DNA from: Heteronotia binoei
Taxonomy: Eukaryota
Length of the DNA: 64,000 nucleotides
Direction of reading: 5' to 3'
Assembly: GCF_032191835.1 (NCBI RefSeq)
Contig: NC_083225.1
Location: 149,978,001-150,042,000, forward strand
Shown here: in pieces, positions 60,918 to 64,000 of the stretch
Layout of the letters: every line of letters begins with the position of its first letter
How positions within the stretch are numbered: position 1 is the first letter of the stretch
Made by a program: the position numbers and the translations under genes
The notes under the pieces: generated by a model
The model's database searches: none
Told to the model about the DNA's origin: nothing
The model's input: only the letters and a program-made list of their open reading frames with translations

Positions 60918-62095
60918 ATTGCCCCCCCATTCGGAATAAAGAGACTGACAACAATGTGGGATAAAGGGCCACTTTATTTAAATAACGGCAATGGGAATAA
61001 ACATGGGGCCAGGTTGAGCCAGGGGTCACTTAAACGCAGACCACCTCCCCAACCTGAAACTGGGCGAGCCACAGGCCCCGGGAGTGAGCCGACTCAACGG
61101 CTCAAACCCGGCCGGCCAGGCACTAGATCCAGCTCACTGAGGTCCACCCTCCCCCGTGCCGTGCAGCCTGGGCTGTGGACCACTCCCTAGAGACTGGATC
61201 ACCAGGCTCCCTGGAGCCAACCTTGTGCCGTGCAGCTTAGGTCCCCCAGGGGCGCCTTGCACCCCCAAAGGTGCATTGCCATGTGAGCTCACCAAATGCC
61301 CCCAAAAGAACATGTTCCCAATGGTAAAACCGCCAGTGACCAACTAAAAGCAGCACCGCCGTAGCCAATTGCCAGCGCACCATCTACAGTGTAAGGTAGG
61401 CGAAAACACTCCCAAGCCAGCCAATTTGCTTGAAAGCGAAAAATTCCTACCTGGCCCCACAATCGGCGACCAGCCTGTGCCTACACTGCATGACGGGCGG
61501 GCGGCTGGGCCGACAAGCCCTGAACCGACTGCACAGGGAGGAGAGGGGCCAGCCTACTTAAGGCTGCCCCACCCACCAGGCAGTCAGGGCAAACCAAGTC
61601 TCCCTCTCCTTCAGGGGAGGCAAAGAACGGCACCCATCCTAAGGCGGCCGATTGGCCGCCCGGCTGGGTGGTGCCGAATTGCCCCCCCATTCGGAATAAA
61701 GAGACCGACAACAATGTGGGATAAAGGGCCACTTTATTTAAATAACGGCAATGGGAATAAACATGGGGCCAGGTTGAGCCAGGGGTCACTTAAACGCAGA
61801 CCACCTCCCCAACCTGAAACTGGGCGAGCCACAGGCCCCGGGAGTGAGCCGACTCAACGGCTCAAACCCAGCCGGCCAGGCACTAGATCCAGCTCACTGA
61901 GGTCCACCCTCCCCCGTGCCGTGCAGCCTGGGCTGTGGACCACTCCCTAGAGACTGGATCACCAGGCTCCCTGGAGCCAACCTTGTGCCGTGCAGCTTAG
62001 GTCCCCCAGGGGCGCCTTGCACCCCCAAAGGTGCATTGCCATGTGAGCTCACCAAATGCCCCCAAAAGAACATGTTCCCAATGGTAAAACCGCCA
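60918..62095 (-). mobile_element. Probable DIRS/Ngaro-type (tyrosine-recombinase retrotransposon) terminal remnant: 418-bp direct repeats (60918-61335, 61678-62095) with a 342-bp spacer
   Basis: The repeats are seen directly (period 760, 2 mismatches, both CpG transitions). The segment is GC/CpG-rich, has AATAAA on the minus strand and shows no TSD. The family assignment is inference. Confidence 0.55.
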
Positions 62096-62279
62096 AGGAC
62101 AGCGCCAAGCCTCTGCTTAGGCCACTGACCCCCCACCGGAGAGAACATGTTCCAGCCGTGAGAGACTGAGACCCCCAGTGTGGGCAGGAGTACCCCAATC
62201 CCAGGACCCAGCTCTCCACTCCGCTCATCTGGTCGGGGTGTGTGGGTGTGTGTGTGTGTACTTACAACAAAAAATCTGA

Positions 62280-62580
62280 CATGCCTACATGACTTCAGTG
62301 TAACCTGGAAGCGATGTAGGCATATCAGGGATATCAGAGTGACACTTTGGTTTGGGGAAAAAAACTCTATAGTAGAAGCTAATTCTACCATAGAGTTTTT
62401 GTCCAAAAACAGAATGTTGCTCTGGCATCCCTGATGTGCCGGTCACTTCTGGGTCACACCGGAAGTCACATGACCACATTGCTGAAACATTGTGTGAGAC
62501 TGTGCTCCCAGTAAGCCCACTCCCCATCCTCTGCTGGCTCCCTGGATGGACCCAGGAACCCTAACTGCCCCCTAAGCAAT
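62280..62580. mobile_element. Non-autonomous DNA transposon fragment with central hairpin AAAAACTCTATAGTAGAA-gct-aTTCTACCATAGAGTTTTT
   Basis: Hairpin at 62359-62400; end GGAACCCTA. Confidence 0.6.
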
Positions 62581-62986
62581 CCTAGAGCTCTGATTGTGGT
62601 CTATCAGAAATGTTTCTGGGAATAGACACATGCATTAACACAAAGATATGGCAGGATAAAAAGTAATAGTAAAGTATTAATTTTCACATGTTTTAAAAAA
62701 ACTGTACAATCCTTAAAATACATTGTGGAGTAACCACAGATGGCAATCCATATGCATATTACTGTTGCTTGATGCATTTATTTAATGCCTTATTCCAGAC
62801 AACTAATTACTTGTAACAACATTAAAAATTTCATGGGCTTTCACAGTGTCAATACAAACTCTTGCCAGAGTGCTGGAAAATTTTCTGTATAGAATGCTGT
62901 ACCTGTTATTCTTTTGGATGACCTTGTGCCAGTAGGGCCCTTAGAAGTGCTTGCAAATATAACAGATCTATCTGTGTTGCCTAAAG

Positions 62987-63093
62987 GTGCTGCCATGGTC
63001 ATGACTGCTGCTATGGCTTTGCAGAAGAGCAAGGATGCAATCCCAAGACAACTAGGTACAGATGGAGCTGTAGGCGCAACACTGTGGTATGTG
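62987..63093 (+). CDS. PLA2G10: Group X-like sPLA2 exon 3 (catalytic): (W)CCHGHDCCYGFAEEQGCNPKTTRYRWSCRRNTVVC(G); the last exon lies beyond the window
   Basis: Acceptor CCTAAAG|, donor TGTG|GTAAGG, 107 nt. The His48-Asp49 dyad in CCHGHDCC is intact. Confidence 0.95.
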
Positions 63094-63904
63094 GTAAGGA
63101 ACCAACTTTGATTTCGTTGTAGAGTTTAGATGTATATTATTCACAATATCATGGGAGGCATAAATTTAGGGAAGCCATTTTAGAGGTGGAGGAGGCAAAG
63201 CAATTTCAGAAGGAAGACTCATAGCAAGCATCAAGGGGCTTGTTCTTGCACATACTTCCATTTAAATGGTGAAAAAAATATGCCTTTACAAAAGCATTTG
63301 GTGTGGTTATTTTATACCTATATACCAGAATAATTGCAATTCCAGAGGGTAGATTTAATTCCCAGGTTTGCATATATAGCATTCTATATAGGTATAGAAT
63401 GCAGGTATAGCATTCGAGACAGAGATTGGGACCATGGTGAATGGGAAGAGGAGGCCTATGCCTTCCGCTCCATACCATTTTCTCTACCTGAAATGACCCT
63501 AGGAACCTGCAATTGGCCTTGCTGAAAAAGCTAAGCAAAGAGTGGTTCTTCAGGGCTATTTTGCTTATTTATTTATTATTTCAATTTATATACTGCTCCT
63601 CCCCCACAAAGTGGGACTTGCCAGTTCACAGGAATATTAAAAAAAGAGATAACAAATATAGTTAAACAGTATAAAATACAAAGTATAAAGAGCAAACATT
63701 TTGGTTTGGGAAAAAACGACAAGACAGAGGACATAGGCCCCCACACCAAGATCCTGGTCTAAATAAGGCCCTTGCACACCAGGGAGTTAAATTCTAAGCA
63801 CATCTGATCCACAGGACCCATGGAATAACATGAGGACTCGCAATATGTGAATTGTCCCTTAAATGGTATTCTTGATTCCCAAATTCCAGGATAAATCTAT
63901 AATG

Positions 63905-63985
63905 CAAAAAATGAGAAAATGAGAATGCAGAATGAGAAAATGGAATGCAGAAATGAGAAAATGGAATGCAGTAAATGAAAGCAGT
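63905..63985 (+). repeat. Short degenerate minisatellite (AATGAGAAAATGGAATGCAG-like units)
   Basis: About three imperfect units, read directly. Confidence 0.7.
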
Positions 63986-64000
63986 GATGTACCTTGACTG

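Noticed and set aside
60912-62406. Pro/Gly-rich ORFs (up to 193 aa) in the 760-bp-period repeat
   Set aside because: GC-rich repeat sequence lacks stops by chance. No gag, RT or YR motifs are present.
62914-63111. ORF MDDLVPVGPLEV... (and the antisense ORF 62841-63032)
   Set aside because: These are wrong-frame or wrong-strand shadows of the PLA2 catalytic exon.

Overview
This is squamate genomic DNA, very probably from a gecko, judged from Sauria/Squam-type SINEs, CR1, L2, RTE and Penelope-like repeats. Four protein-coding genes can be reconstructed, and two of them are invisible in the ORF track because they are short and spliced. (1) Apovitellenin-1/apoVLDL-II (APOV1, +): non-coding exon 1 ends at 2057; CDS join(3225-3282,4678-4840,6078-6171), 104 aa. 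(2) GPR15 (-): single coding exon 13956-15035, 359 aa. (3) CLDND1 (+): CpG-rich promoter and non-coding exon near 19.3-19.6 kb; CDS join(26574-26862,28224-28328,29472-29609,29730-29950), 250 aa. (4) A group X-type secreted phospholipase A2 (+): join(50954-50993,59930-60095,62987-63093,...), with the last exon outside the window. The rest is largely transposon-derived: hAT MITEs with 8-bp TSDs, Penelope-like ends with minimal hammerhead ribozyme motifs, a 5'-truncated CR1, a probable DIRS/Ngaro split-direct-repeat remnant and a probable solo LTR. Several small rearrangements are also visible: templated insertions, fold-backs and telomeric repeats at a LINE junction. Protein identifications rest on motifs I recall from chicken and human proteins. 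No database search was run, and repeat boundaries without TSDs are approximate.
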